From: an uncultured Clostridia bacterium
GTDB lineage: Bacteria > Bacillota > Clostridia > Oscillospirales > Ruminococcaceae
Assembly (NCBI GenBank): GCA_945923775.1
Contig: CAMELR010000002.1
Coordinates: 5,837-69,836, forward strand
Length of the DNA stretch: 64,000 nt
Direction: 5' to 3'
Position numbers and translations under genes: made by a program. The notes under the pieces were generated by a model. That model saw nothing but the letters and a program-made list of their open reading frames with translations. It was not told the origin of the DNA and ran no database searches. Shown one piece after another: positions 27,207 to 36,910 of the stretch (positions within the stretch are counted from its first letter, which is position 1; each line of letters starts with the position of its first letter).

Positions 27207-27263
27207 ATCCAGACCTTTCTAAATTACAAAAATGCCGCAGACAATTCTGCATTCTCTGTTAAT

Positions 27264-27292
27264 ATGATACCATATTTTTCATTTCAAGTCAA
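27264..27292 (-). promoter_or_regulatory. promoter of the DtxR-family/MBL operon
   Basis: Minus strand reads TTGACT (27292-27287), 17 nt, TATCAT (27269-27264), with TGG extended -10. Confidence 0.6.
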
Positions 27293-27412
27293 GCTATAAA
27301 TTGATCCACGCACCACTACCATCAGTATAATATCCCGATTATATTACAAAAATCACATTCAACATATATACCGTACGTATATACACTTCGGTAAAACACG
27401 AAATGTAATATA

Positions 27413-28342
27413 TCAACTCATGCTGAGTATTCTTGCGATCACGCTGCCCTCGTAAACGATGGGATATTCCCTCAGCGAGAAGATAAGCCCGTCGGACGGC
27501 GCTGTTATCTCCTCCTCGACCGTTCCGGTGATGGGAGTGACTATCTCGCCGATGAGCGTGCCCTTCTGGACCCACAGGTTATGCTCAACTTTAGGTATAA
27601 ATATTCCGCTTTCGCCGGAATGTATAACATGTACCGCGCCATCGCTGCTGACCATCGGGTGTGAAACGTTCTCGGTAGGACCAACCCAGATACCAAGCTT
27701 CGCCATAAGGTTGAATATTCCGCTGAGGAGCTGCTTGCAGTACGCCTTAGTTATTCTCTGCCCCACGCCCATCTCTATGACCAGCGTAGGCACGCCGACC
27801 TCCCGGAGCGCCGCCGCCAGTGAGCCTTCCCCGACTGCGTTTGAATCATGCACCCACACGAAATCGGTGTTGAGCATTTTGGCGTATTTGAGAAGATGGC
27901 TGCTCTCGGCGCTGGGTATTCTGACCTGCGGTATCTCGCGGATAAAAATGTTGCTCGCGTGGATATCAACGCAGACGTCCGCGCCCTTTATATCTTCTAC
28001 CAGCTTTGCCGCGATATTCTCCGCCACCGCGCCGGAGGTGCTTCCCGGGAAAACCCGGTTCATGTCCAGCCCGGACATCGGCACGGCTCTGCTGACAGCC
28101 TCCATGCCCAGCGGATTTATTGACGGATAGATGTCCACAGTACCCTTTAAATGTGCCATATTCGCCGTTATGAGCCTTACAAGCTCATAGCACACATACT
28201 GACCCTCCAGCTCGTCGCCGTGGATACCGGTGACGACAGCGATACGTTTGCCGTCCTCGCAGCCTACGCCGATCAGGCGGTTCTTTTTTATGGTCAGCTC
28301 CTCGTCAGCCGGCAGCTTGACCGACACCAATGATTCTATCAT
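27413..28342 (-). CDS. succinylglutamate desuccinylase/aspartoacylase (AstE/AspA, M14-like) family protein
   Basis: 309 aa. GIHGDELEG zinc-ligand motif, DIHAS, and a C-terminal beta domain. Confidence 0.75.
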   Translation of the reverse strand: MIESLVSVKLPADEELTIKKNRLIGVGCEDGKRIAVVTGIHGDELEGQYVCYELVRLITANMAHLKGTVDIYPSINPLGMEAVSRAVPMSGLDMNRVFPGSTSGAVAENIAAKLVEDIKGADVCVDIHASNIFIREIPQVRIPSAESSHLLKYAKMLNTDFVWVHDSNAVGEGSLAAALREVGVPTLVIEMGVGQRITKAYCKQLLSGIFNLMAKLGIWVGPTENVSHPMVSSDGAVHVIHSGESGIFIPKVEHNLWVQKGTLIGEIVTPITGTVEEEITAPSDGLIFSLREYPIVYEGSVIARILSMS

Positions 28343-28369
28343 TTCTACTCCCCCAGTATTTATTCTGCT

Positions 28370-31300
28370 TTATTCTACGGATTTCAGCGATTCCACCATG
28401 CTGATTTTCCTGAGATCCCTGCGCATGATGAAATTTACTATCAGCGAAAATGCCACCGTTATCAGGAACGCCCACAGGAACGACAGCGGGTGTATATTCC
28501 TTCCGAACATGACCTCGTCGATCTCGGCGGTCTGTATGATGAACTGGCACAGGGCAACGCCTATTCCAAGCCCGAGGACGCCTCCCATTACCGACAGTAT
28601 ATTATTCTCCCGGAACACATAGCTTGATACCTCGTTGTCATAGAAGCCAAGCACTTTCAGCGTTGCTATCTCTCGTATACGCTCTGTTATATTGACGTTA
28701 GTCAGATTATAGAGCACGACGAACGCCAGCGCTCCCGCCGAAATTATCAGCACTACTACCACCAGGTCCATTATCTTGAGCATATCCGCGAACTGGCTGG
28801 AAGCCCCGGAATTCACCGTAACAGTCAGAACGCCGTCCACCGCGAGCATTCTTGTGGTGAACTCGTCCTGCACCGACTGCTCCGAGGACATGCCGTTCTT
28901 GAAATACACAATGTTATAATCCGGAGCATTGCCGAATAACTCTGCGTATTTTTCCTCCGGAATATACATATAGTGGCTGGTGTAGTGCTCCGTTACGGCA
29001 CCGATCGTGACCTCACGGGTGTTGCCGTCGCTTATTCTCAGCGTTACGGTGTCGCCGGTTTTTACCCCTAGCAGCTTTGTCAGCTTCTCTGTGACTATAA
29101 CTCCGCCGCCAGCCTGCTCAAAGGTTATCTTTTCTCCGGTGGTGCGGCTGCGGAGGTCTATCATGTCCTCAAACTTCGCGGTATCCTCGACAGCCGTTAC
29201 ATAGCACTGAACGCTCCCGCTGTCGGACGTTACGGTGTACTGCTTTATCAGCGCACGGGTGTACTCCGTTTCAGGCTGGTAGTCAAGGAGCGCGTCGTAA
29301 ATCCCCTGCACATCGTCCTGATTCTCATACGCGATAAACCCACTGTAATTATTTATGCTATTATACTGTAAGTCAACAATATCGCTGATGGAATCCTTCA
29401 GACCGAACCCGGTAAGCGACAGTGCAGTACACCCCGCGATACCGATAACGGTCATGAACATTCGCCGTTTATAGCGAAACAGATTTCGCCCGGAGACCTT
29501 CCCGAAAAACGACAGCCTGTCCCATATAAATCCGATTTTTTCGAGCAGGACTCTTTTTCCCGCCTTCGGAGCCTTCGGCCGCATAAGCTCCGCCGGAGTG
29601 CCGGAAAGCGCGTTCCTGGCGCTGAAGAACACGGTCAGGGCAATTGCAGCGACCATGCTTCCCGCGGAGATAACGATATTGAACGGACTTAACTCATAGT
29701 AGAAATTGCTGATAATATACATCATGCTATACGCGAACATGATGATAAACGGGAACAGGAACATACCGATAAACGCGCCTATAAGGCTTCCAGACGCGGC
29801 GGCAAGCACGGCGTACACCATATACTGCCGCATGATGACCGCATTTGAATATCCCAGGGATTTCAGCGTGCCGATCTGCATTCGCTGCTCCTCGACCATT
29901 CTCGACATAGTCGTAAGGCACACCAGCGCCGCCACCAGCAGGAAGAACACTGGGAAAATCGCGGCTATCTTGTCGATACGCTCGGCGTTGCTGGAATACT
30001 CCGCATAGCCGGGATTGTCGTCACGGGTGAAAACGTACCATTTTGCCTCGCCGGCGTCCTCGATTTCCTTCTTGCCGTCGGCTATCTTCTTTTCAGCGTC
30101 GGATATTTCCTTGTTGAATTCGTCAACGCCGTCCTGGTACTCCCTGAGACCGTCCTGATACTTCTGCTTGGCGTCTTCAAGCTCCCTGACGCCGTTTTCA
30201 TAATCCGCCTTTCCGTCAAGGAACTCCTGCTCCTTTTCGGCAAGCTCAGCGGTGCCTTCGTTATACTGGCGCTCTGCGTCGTTCAGCTTGTTTCTGCCGT
30301 CGTTGAACTTGATTAGCCCGTCGGAATACTCCTGGTATCCGTCGTTGTACTGCTTAACGCCGTCCTCATATTTCGCGTAATTCTCATTGTACTGCGCCAG
30401 GCCGTCGTTATACTGCTGCAAACCGCTGTCGATCTGCTCCTGCGCTGCACTTAGCTGAGCCTCGCCGTCGGTGAGCTGCTGCTCCGTTTCGGCAATGAGC
30501 TGCTCGTTTTGAGTAAGCTGAGCCTCCGCTTCGTCCAGTTGAGCTTTTGCTTCGTCAAGCTGCGACTTTGCCGCGTCCAACTGAGCCTTAGTCGTTTCAA
30601 GAACTGCACGCTGCGCCACTATCTGCGGATCGTTCTCGCCCAGCAGCAGAGCTGCCTGCTCAAGCCGTGCGGCTCCCTGTTCGTACTGCTGATGCCCCGC
30701 TTCGTACTTTGCAAGATTCTCGTCATACTGAGCCTTCCCACTCTCGTACTGTGCTCTGCCTTCCTCTAGCTGTTTCTTTCCCTCGGACAGCTTTTCCCAG
30801 CCGGATTCTATCTCAGCGCGCCTGCTGTCGATCTCCGCCTGACCATCTTCAAGCTGTCTCTTGCTGTCGGACAGAGTTTGCTTTGCCTCGTCGAGCTGCT
30901 TTTTAGCGTCCGAAAGCTGCGTTTTACTTTCGTCTAGCTGCTTTCTCGCGTCGTTCAGCTTCTGCTCGTTTTCTGCGAGTTCCGCCTTTCCGTCGTCTAT
31001 TTCGATACGCGCGTCTGCAAGGGTCTGTTTGGCTTCGGCTATCTGCTTTTCGCCGTCCGCGATGTCCTCCGCTGCCTTTGCAAGGTCTGCCTCACCGTTG
31101 GATATCTGCTTTGCTGCGTCGTCCAGCTCGGCTTTTGCGTCGTCAATCTTCTGCTGACCTTCTGCCCTGCCCTTTTCGAGGTCCTTCTCGCCGTCGGCTA
31201 TTTTCTGCTGAGCTTCGCCTATCACTTCATCGTAGCGTATCTCGCTGCGGTCTATTCCGAGTTCCTCCAGCTTATCAGATATATCGTCCCTTAGCTGCTC

Positions 31301-31987
31301 GTACTCATCAGAATAGCTCGACATACCCTTCAACTGCTCCGACTGTATATATGCCTCGGTGTAAATTTCCTGCGTAAAATTACTCTCAGGAATGTACGCA
31401 AACGCATCAAGCGAACCGTCGCCTATAGTAGTACTTCCGCGCTGAGTGGAGGAAATATACATCGGCGTATCAAACAGCCCTACAACAGTGTACTCCGCAT
31501 TATTGAGCGGAAAATCCTCGTTATCCGAAGGGTCGGTAAGAACCAGCTTTTCACCTATCCCTATCTGCCCGTTCATCTTGCGGACGTTCAGAATGCACTC
31601 GTTATCCGCCTGCGGGAATCTTCCCTCAAGAATGTCTATACTATTCAGCTTCGCGTTTTCATTCCAGGAAAAAACGCGGGTATTGTAGTCTCTTCCGTCG
31701 TAGATAAACACCAGGTCAGAGTACTTCGAACCCTGCACCTCTGAAACTCCGTCTACCTGCTCCAGCGCTGTTAAATCCCCGTCGGTCAGCCCGAACGTGG
31801 ACATTACCCGCAGGTCGAAAAGCTCGTGCGCATCGTAGTAATTATCCGCGGTGATCTTCATATCGCTTCCAGTCGCCCGGACCCCGCTGAAAAATCCCAC
31901 GCCTATCGCGCATATCGTGAATATCGAAAAGAATCGGTTCTTGGTCCGCGCGATCTCACGAAAAATATTCTTGGTTACTGAATTCAA
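28370..31987 (-). CDS. giant FtsX-family ABC permease (two FtsX modules) with about 420-aa extracytoplasmic coiled-coil insert
   Basis: TTG at 31987 lies 5 nt after GGAGGTG and 11 nt after the ATPase stop. The track's ATG at 32038 would overlap the ATPase gene by 38 nt. There are two 4-TM FtsX blocks (EQRMQIGTLKSLGY.., ERIREIATLKVLGF..). The heptad-rich Q/E/K/A/D region is encoded by 30044-31312. Confidence 0.8.
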   Translation of the reverse strand: MNSVTKNIFREIARTKNRFFSIFTICAIGVGFFSGVRATGSDMKITADNYYDAHELFDLRVMSTFGLTDGDLTALEQVDGVSEVQGSKYSDLVFIYDGRDYNTRVFSWNENAKLNSIDILEGRFPQADNECILNVRKMNGQIGIGEKLVLTDPSDNEDFPLNNAEYTVVGLFDTPMYISSTQRGSTTIGDGSLDAFAYIPESNFTQEIYTEAYIQSEQLKGMSSYSDEYEQLRDDISDKLEELGIDRSEIRYDEVIGEAQQKIADGEKDLEKGRAEGQQKIDDAKAELDDAAKQISNGEADLAKAAEDIADGEKQIAEAKQTLADARIEIDDGKAELAENEQKLNDARKQLDESKTQLSDAKKQLDEAKQTLSDSKRQLEDGQAEIDSRRAEIESGWEKLSEGKKQLEEGRAQYESGKAQYDENLAKYEAGHQQYEQGAARLEQAALLLGENDPQIVAQRAVLETTKAQLDAAKSQLDEAKAQLDEAEAQLTQNEQLIAETEQQLTDGEAQLSAAQEQIDSGLQQYNDGLAQYNENYAKYEDGVKQYNDGYQEYSDGLIKFNDGRNKLNDAERQYNEGTAELAEKEQEFLDGKADYENGVRELEDAKQKYQDGLREYQDGVDEFNKEISDAEKKIADGKKEIEDAGEAKWYVFTRDDNPGYAEYSSNAERIDKIAAIFPVFFLLVAALVCLTTMSRMVEEQRMQIGTLKSLGYSNAVIMRQYMVYAVLAAASGSLIGAFIGMFLFPFIIMFAYSMMYIISNFYYELSPFNIVISAGSMVAAIALTVFFSARNALSGTPAELMRPKAPKAGKRVLLEKIGFIWDRLSFFGKVSGRNLFRYKRRMFMTVIGIAGCTALSLTGFGLKDSISDIVDLQYNSINNYSGFIAYENQDDVQGIYDALLDYQPETEYTRALIKQYTVTSDSGSVQCYVTAVEDTAKFEDMIDLRSRTTGEKITFEQAGGGVIVTEKLTKLLGVKTGDTVTLRISDGNTREVTIGAVTEHYTSHYMYIPEEKYAELFGNAPDYNIVYFKNGMSSEQSVQDEFTTRMLAVDGVLTVTVNSGASSQFADMLKIMDLVVVVLIISAGALAFVVLYNLTNVNITERIREIATLKVLGFYDNEVSSYVFRENNILSVMGGVLGLGIGVALCQFIIQTAEIDEVMFGRNIHPLSFLWAFLITVAFSLIVNFIMRRDLRKISMVESLKSVE

Positions 31988-32000
31988 GCTCGCACCTCCG

Positions 32001-32702
32001 TCACCATTCGATATCTTCAACCGGTGTGGGGTGATCATTCGTGATGATCTCCGCGACCTTGCTGTTTTTTATTCTGATTATCCTGTCGGCCATCGGAGCT
32101 ATCGCGGAATTGTGCGTTACAAGAATCACAGTCATGCCGTCTATCCGGCAGGTATCCTGAAGCAGCTTGAGTATCATCTTGCCGGTGTTGTAGTCGAGCG
32201 CGCCGGTTGGCTCGTCGCACAGCAGGAGCTTCGGCTTCTTGCTGAGCGCCCTCGCTATCGAAACTCGCTGCTGCTCGCCGCCGGAAAGCTGCGCCGGGAA
32301 ATTTTGCAGGCGCTCTCCAAGACCCACCTTTTGCAATATCTCAGCCGCTGGTATGAAATCCTTTGTGGTCTGCGCCGCAAGCTCGACGTTTTCCTTTGCG
32401 GTGAGATTCGGCATCAGGTTATAGAACTGAAAAATAAACCCAACGTCGTACCTTCGGTAATTCGTGAGCTGCCTGCGGTTGAACCTGTCGATGCGCTCTC
32501 CGTCAACGCTTATCACGCCTTCGTCGCAGGTGTCCATGCCACCGAGCATGTTCAGCACGGTGGTTTTTCCGGAGCCGCTGGGGCCTACGATTATTGCAAA
32601 TTCGCCCTTCTGAATGTCGAAGGTCATTCCGTCTGCGGCGTTGATGGTTATTTCGCCCATGTGGTACCGCTTGTATACATTGTCGAGTGTCACAAATGCC
32701 AT
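32001..32702 (-). CDS. ABC transporter ATP-binding protein (MacB/LolD-like)
   Basis: 233 aa. Walker [10 protein letters not shown], signature [15 protein letters not shown], Walker B LLLCDEPT. Confidence 0.92.
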   Translation of the reverse strand: MAFVTLDNVYKRYHMGEITINAADGMTFDIQKGEFAIIVGPSGSGKTTVLNMLGGMDTCDEGVISVDGERIDRFNRRQLTNYRRYDVGFIFQFYNLMPNLTAKENVELAAQTTKDFIPAAEILQKVGLGERLQNFPAQLSGGEQQRVSIARALSKKPKLLLCDEPTGALDYNTGKMILKLLQDTCRIDGMTVILVTHNSAIAPMADRIIRIKNSKVAEIITNDHPTPVEDIEW

Positions 32703-32824
32703 TATTTTCTAGCTCCAATCTGTTTTTGCAGGTTCAGTCGCCGCGCCCGATAAAAAGAGCAGGCAGAGAAAGCCGTCGCATTCCGCGGCGGTTGACCCTG
32801 CCCCCTTTTCATATCTTTATACTA

Positions 32825-34105
32825 TTATCCGATCTTGGACTTGCCGCCCATGTAAGGTCTGAGAACCTCAGGAATATTAACAGTGCCGTCAGCGTTAAGG
32901 TTGTTCTCGAGGAACGCAATGAGCATTCTGGGAGATGCAACAACGGTGTTGTTAAGAGTATGAGCAAAATACTTCTTGCCGTCGGAGCCGTTTACGCGGA
33001 TCTTGAGTCTGCGTGCCTGAGCGTCGCCGAGGTTAGAGCAGCTTCCTACCTCAAAATACTTCTTCTGTCTGGGAGACCATGCCTCAACATCGTAGCTCTT
33101 TACCTTGAGGTCTGCGAGGTCGCCGGAGCAGCACTCGATGGTTCTAACCGGAATATCCATGCTGCGGAACAGGTCAACGGTGTTCTGCCACAGCTTGTCA
33201 AACCACATCTTGGAGTCCTCGGGCTTGCAGACAACGATCATTTCCTGCTTCTCGAACTGGTGGATTCTGTACACGCCGCGCTCCTCGATACCGTGCGCGC
33301 CCTTCTCCTTACGGAAGCATGGAGAATAGCTGGTGAGGGTTCTCGGAAGTGTGTCCTCTTCAAGAATAGTGTCGATGAACTTACCAATCATGGAGTGCTC
33401 GGAAGTACCGATAAGGTACAGATCCTCGCCCTCAATCTTGTACATCATGGCGTCCATCTCAGCAAAGCTCATAACGCCGGTAACAACGTTGGATCTTATC
33501 ATGTACGGAGGAATGCAGTAAGTGAATCCGCGGTCGATCATGAAATCTCTTGCATAAGACAGAACCGCAGAGTGAAGTCTTGCGATATCGCCCATCAGAT
33601 AATAGAAGCCGTTGCCTGCAACGCGTCTTGCGCTGTCGAGGTCGATACCGTTCAGGCGCTCCATTATCTCGCTGTGATACGGGATCTCGAAATCCGGAAC
33701 TACCGGCTCGCCGTAGCGGGTTATCTCAACGTTCTCGCTGTCGTCCTTGCCTATCGGAACGGAAGGATCAATGATGTTCGGAATGGTCATCATGATCTTC
33801 TTAACCTTCTCGGAAAGCTCCTCTTCCTGCTTCTCAAGCGCTGCCAGCTCATCGGAGAACTCCTTTACCTGAGCCTTCGCCTTCTCAGCCTCGTCCTTCT
33901 GACCCTTAGCCATGAAACCGCCGATCTCCTTGGAAATGCGGTTTCTGTCGGCTCTGAGGGAGTCGCCGCGCTGCTGAGCCTTACGAAGCTGTGCGTCCAG
34001 CTCGATAACTTCATCAACCAGCGGAAGCTTGCTGTCCTGGAACTTCTTCTTGATATTCTCCTTAACAGCGTCGGGGTTCTCTCTTAAAAACTTAATGTCT
34101 ATCAT
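32825..34105 (-). CDS. serS: serine--tRNA ligase
   Basis: 426 aa. N-terminal coiled-coil arm (MIDIKFLRENPD..), class II motifs (CFRKEKGAHG, TLNNTVVASPRMLIAFLEN). Confidence 0.95.
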   Translation of the reverse strand: MIDIKFLRENPDAVKENIKKKFQDSKLPLVDEVIELDAQLRKAQQRGDSLRADRNRISKEIGGFMAKGQKDEAEKAKAQVKEFSDELAALEKQEEELSEKVKKIMMTIPNIIDPSVPIGKDDSENVEITRYGEPVVPDFEIPYHSEIMERLNGIDLDSARRVAGNGFYYLMGDIARLHSAVLSYARDFMIDRGFTYCIPPYMIRSNVVTGVMSFAEMDAMMYKIEGEDLYLIGTSEHSMIGKFIDTILEEDTLPRTLTSYSPCFRKEKGAHGIEERGVYRIHQFEKQEMIVVCKPEDSKMWFDKLWQNTVDLFRSMDIPVRTIECCSGDLADLKVKSYDVEAWSPRQKKYFEVGSCSNLGDAQARRLKIRVNGSDGKKYFAHTLNNTVVASPRMLIAFLENNLNADGTVNIPEVLRPYMGGKSKIG

Positions 34106-34149
34106 TGTGATTGCCTTTCTTTTTTATCAGGCTTTGCCTGTAATTGATT

Positions 34150-34998
34150 TTACTTGACCGCCATCAGCCTGAGTATTCCTTCAAGCTGATCTTTGTCCTC
34201 AAATGCTATCTGGAGCGTGTTGGTCTTTTTGCCCTCGCAGATTTTAACCTTAGTGCCCAGAGCCTCTGTCAGGCTCATTTCAACTTCGGTGTAATATGCC
34301 ATGCGCGGCTTTATCATCGTCTGTTCTTCTTCGGATTTTGCCTCGCGCTTTGCGATAGCCTCGATGCTTCTTACGCTGAGTTCTCCGTCAGCGGCTCTGA
34401 CTGCAATCTCGGTCATCAGTGCAGGGTCCTTTATCATCTTGAGTGCCTTGCAGTGTCCGGCTGAGAGCTTTCCATCGGCAAGCAGGTCGCGCACGCCGAC
34501 TGGTAAAGTCAACAGACCAAGGCTGTTTGCAATAGAGGAACGTGCTTTTCCCAGCGCCTTTGAAAGCTGATCCTGGGTCATGTTATATTTTTCGATGAGT
34601 TCCTTGTAACCCTGAGCTTCCTCAATGGGATTAAGGTTCTCACGCTGGAGGTTCTCAATAAGAGCCACCTGCATAACTTGCTCGTCTGATAAATCATCGC
34701 GAACCACAACCGGAACTTCTGCAAGCCCTGCGATTTTAGCAGCTCTCCAGCGTCTTTCGCCGGCAACGATCTGATAATTACCGGTAGACAGCGGGCGCAC
34801 AAGCAGCGGCTGAAGCACTCCGTTGACCCTGATGGATTCTGCTAGCTGCTCCATAGCTTCCTTATCGAAAACCTTTCGGGGCTGTCCCTTGTTTGGCTCA
34901 ATCTCGGAAAGTCTGAGAGTTCTCAGTCCCTCGGATTCCTCCATGTTGTTGTCATCGAACAGGCTGTTGAAATCACCGCCTATACGTTTATTGCTCAT
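34150..34998 (-). CDS. spo0J: chromosome partitioning protein ParB/Spo0J
   Basis: ATG at 34998 follows GGAGAAG and overlaps the soj stop by 11 nt. Contains [17 protein letters not shown] and [15 protein letters not shown] boxes. Confidence 0.9.
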   Translation of the reverse strand: MSNKRIGGDFNSLFDDNNMEESEGLRTLRLSEIEPNKGQPRKVFDKEAMEQLAESIRVNGVLQPLLVRPLSTGNYQIVAGERRWRAAKIAGLAEVPVVVRDDLSDEQVMQVALIENLQRENLNPIEEAQGYKELIEKYNMTQDQLSKALGKARSSIANSLGLLTLPVGVRDLLADGKLSAGHCKALKMIKDPALMTEIAVRAADGELSVRSIEAIAKREAKSEEEQTMIKPRMAYYTEVEMSLTEALGTKVKICEGKKTNTLQIAFEDKDQLEGILRLMAVK

Positions 34999-35779
34999 TC
35001 TTCTTCTCCATTTCGCGGCACTTCTCCAGTACTTCCTTTGCAAGGCGCTTGTATGCGTCTGCACCCTTGGAGTTCTTGTCGTAGAAAATGATCGGTTCGC
35101 CGTGGCTTTGTGCCTCGGTTATTCTTACATTACGCGGTATCTCGGTCTTGAAAATAACGTCAGACGGGAATGTCCTCTTGATGTCTCTCATGATCTCATT
35201 GCTTGCAAGCAGTCTCTTATCAAGCATAGTGAACACGATTCCCATTAACTGAAGCTCCTTATTAGCGGAACGCTTGACCTTTTTCACCGTCTGCATGAGC
35301 TGTGCCAGACCCTCCAGTGCGAACGGCTCGCACACCATCGGAACAATTATTCTGTCGCATGCGATCATTGCGTTTATTGCAAGGATTCCAAGCGACGGCA
35401 GGCAGTCAACTATCACAATATCGTAGTTGTCCTTTACCTGTAGAATTATCTTGCGGAGCTGATGGTTACGCTGTTCCACGTCGGCAAGCTGGAGTTCTGC
35501 CTCGCAAAGCTGATTTGTTGCAGGTATAATGTCGACATTTTTATATCTTGTCTTGATTATAGCCTCCTGAGGTCTAGCATTGCCCATGATTATATCATAT
35601 GTAGATATATCTAGCGTTTTTTTCTTTATGCCGAATCCCGTTGTTGAGTTCCCCTGCGGATCGAAATCTATCAGCAGTACCTTTTTTCCGAGCGTTCCCA
35701 GACCTGCGGCAATATTTATTGATGTTGTAGTTTTACCTACTCCGCCCTTCTGATTTACAACGCCTATAACAACGCTCAT
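34988..35779 (-). CDS. soj: ParA/Soj chromosome partitioning ATPase
   Basis: ATG at 35779 (MSVVIGVVNQKGGVGKTTT, deviant Walker A) follows AAGGGGG. The upstream 57 codons of the track ORF are translated parS sites. Confidence 0.92.
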   Translation of the reverse strand: MSVVIGVVNQKGGVGKTTTSINIAAGLGTLGKKVLLIDFDPQGNSTTGFGIKKKTLDISTYDIIMGNARPQEAIIKTRYKNVDIIPATNQLCEAELQLADVEQRNHQLRKIILQVKDNYDIVIVDCLPSLGILAINAMIACDRIIVPMVCEPFALEGLAQLMQTVKKVKRSANKELQLMGIVFTMLDKRLLASNEIMRDIKRTFPSDVIFKTEIPRNVRITEAQSHGEPIIFYDKNSKGADAYKRLAKEVLEKCREMEKKNEQ

Positions 35780-35812
35780 TAGGTTTCCCCCTTCATTTAT
35801 TACTTCCTTTCT

Positions 35813-35841
35813 ATTATAGCATACTCCACACGAAAAATAAA
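35813..35841 (-). promoter_or_regulatory. probable soj-spo0J promoter
   Basis: Minus strand reads TTTATT, 17 nt, TGCTATAAT (extended -10, TATAAT = 35818-35813), immediately downstream of the parS triplet. Confidence 0.5.
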
Positions 35842-35858
35842 GCCCTTTTTGTAAAAAA

Positions 35859-35874
35859 TGTTCCACGTGGAACA
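35859..35874. promoter_or_regulatory. parS site 1 (ParB/Spo0J binding site)
   Basis: Perfect 16-bp palindrome TGTTCCACGTGGAACA. It differs by one base from the B. subtilis consensus TGTTNCACGTGAAACA. Confidence 0.9.
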
Positions 35875-35896
35875 CTTTTTCGACATTTTTTCGAAA

Positions 35897-35912
35897 TGTT
35901 CCACGTGGAACA
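35897..35912. promoter_or_regulatory. parS site 2
   Basis: Identical TGTTCCACGTGGAACA, 38 bp from site 1. Confidence 0.9.
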
Positions 35913-35933
35913 TTGCAAAACGCTGTCGAACTT

Positions 35934-35949
35934 TGTTCCACGTGGAACA
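35934..35949. promoter_or_regulatory. parS site 3
   Basis: Identical TGTTCCACGTGGAACA, 37 bp from site 2. Confidence 0.9.
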
Positions 35950-35966
35950 TTCTGTCGAATTATGAA

Positions 35967-36794
35967 TCAAACCTCCGCGGCGGAATGAATCTTTATTGTA
36001 TATTCGTAATACTCGCCGACCCTGTTTGTGACAGTTTCACAGTCTATATTAGCTTCTTTCATTGTCTTGACTATTTTGTTAATGCTGTTTATGTAGAGTC
36101 TCGGAACAGGAAACAGAATTTTTCTAGGGTTCTGAGGCTTTTTCTTCCGAACCTTGAGAACCTTATCAGACAGCATATCTTCAACCAGCTTCTCGGACTG
36201 CTCGATATTTAACCTGTCCATTATGATTTGTCCAAGCGCCCTCGCCCGCATTTTAGGATCATCGAGCCTTATGAGTGCGCGCGCCTGACGTTCCGAAATA
36301 TTACCCTTTATAAGCAGATTACGTTCTGCATCGGTGAATTTGAGAAGCCGCAGCTTATTTGCAATGGTCGATTGAGCCTTCCCGAGCCGCGAAGCCGCTT
36401 CCTCCTGAGTAAGTCCGTAATAGCTTATAAGTTTCTCGATTGCGACAGCCTCCTCAAAATAGCTGAGATCTCTCCGCTGAATATTTTCAATAAGTGCCAA
36501 AACAGCGGATTTCTCATCGTCCACATCAATAATAATGCATGGAACGCTTTCAAGTCCGCACAATTTAGCCGCCCGGAGCCTGCGCTCACCGCTGACTATC
36601 TCGTAGTTCACGCCGCACTTGCGTACATTGATGGGCTGGAGAATTCCGTTCTCCCTGATCGAATCGGCAAGCGAGCCAAGCTCCTCATCAGAAAACGTAA
36701 CTCTTGGCTGTGACCTGTTCGGAATTATCAGCGAAGTTTCAATCAGAACAACACGCTGAACCTGCTTTTCCTTATTCTTAAATAATCCAGTCAT
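35967..36794 (-). CDS. noc: ParB-family paralogue, nucleoid occlusion protein Noc-like
   Basis: ATG at 36794 follows GGGAGG. Contains ParB boxes (GERRLRAAK, IENIQRRDLSYFEEA, STIANKLRLLK). The Noc-type C-terminus (KKKPQNPRK..INSINKIV..YYEYTIKI) resembles B. subtilis Noc as recalled. The gene sits in the rsmG-noc-soj-spo0J position. Confidence 0.7.
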   Translation of the reverse strand: MTGLFKNKEKQVQRVVLIETSLIIPNRSQPRVTFSDEELGSLADSIRENGILQPINVRKCGVNYEIVSGERRLRAAKLCGLESVPCIIIDVDDEKSAVLALIENIQRRDLSYFEEAVAIEKLISYYGLTQEEAASRLGKAQSTIANKLRLLKFTDAERNLLIKGNISERQARALIRLDDPKMRARALGQIIMDRLNIEQSEKLVEDMLSDKVLKVRKKKPQNPRKILFPVPRLYINSINKIVKTMKEANIDCETVTNRVGEYYEYTIKIHSAAEV

Positions 36795-36910
36795 AATATT
36801 ACCTCCCGAATTTTTGTTAACTTGATTATAGCACAAGCAGGAAATAATATCCACAATAAAAAATCGCATTTCCGCTTATTTTTCGCGGAAATGCGATACA
36901 AAATCACAAT

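Noticed and set aside
35780-35950. N-terminal 57-codon extension of the soj ORF in the track (MFHVEQSS..VFHVEHF..). Separately, the plus-strand ORF 39550-40017 starts with MFHVEQ.
   Set aside because: The FHVE(Q/H) peptides are simply translated parS palindromes (TGTTCCACGTGGAACA). The real soj start at 35779 has an RBS and begins directly at the Walker A region. ORF 39550-40017 is antisense to gyrA.
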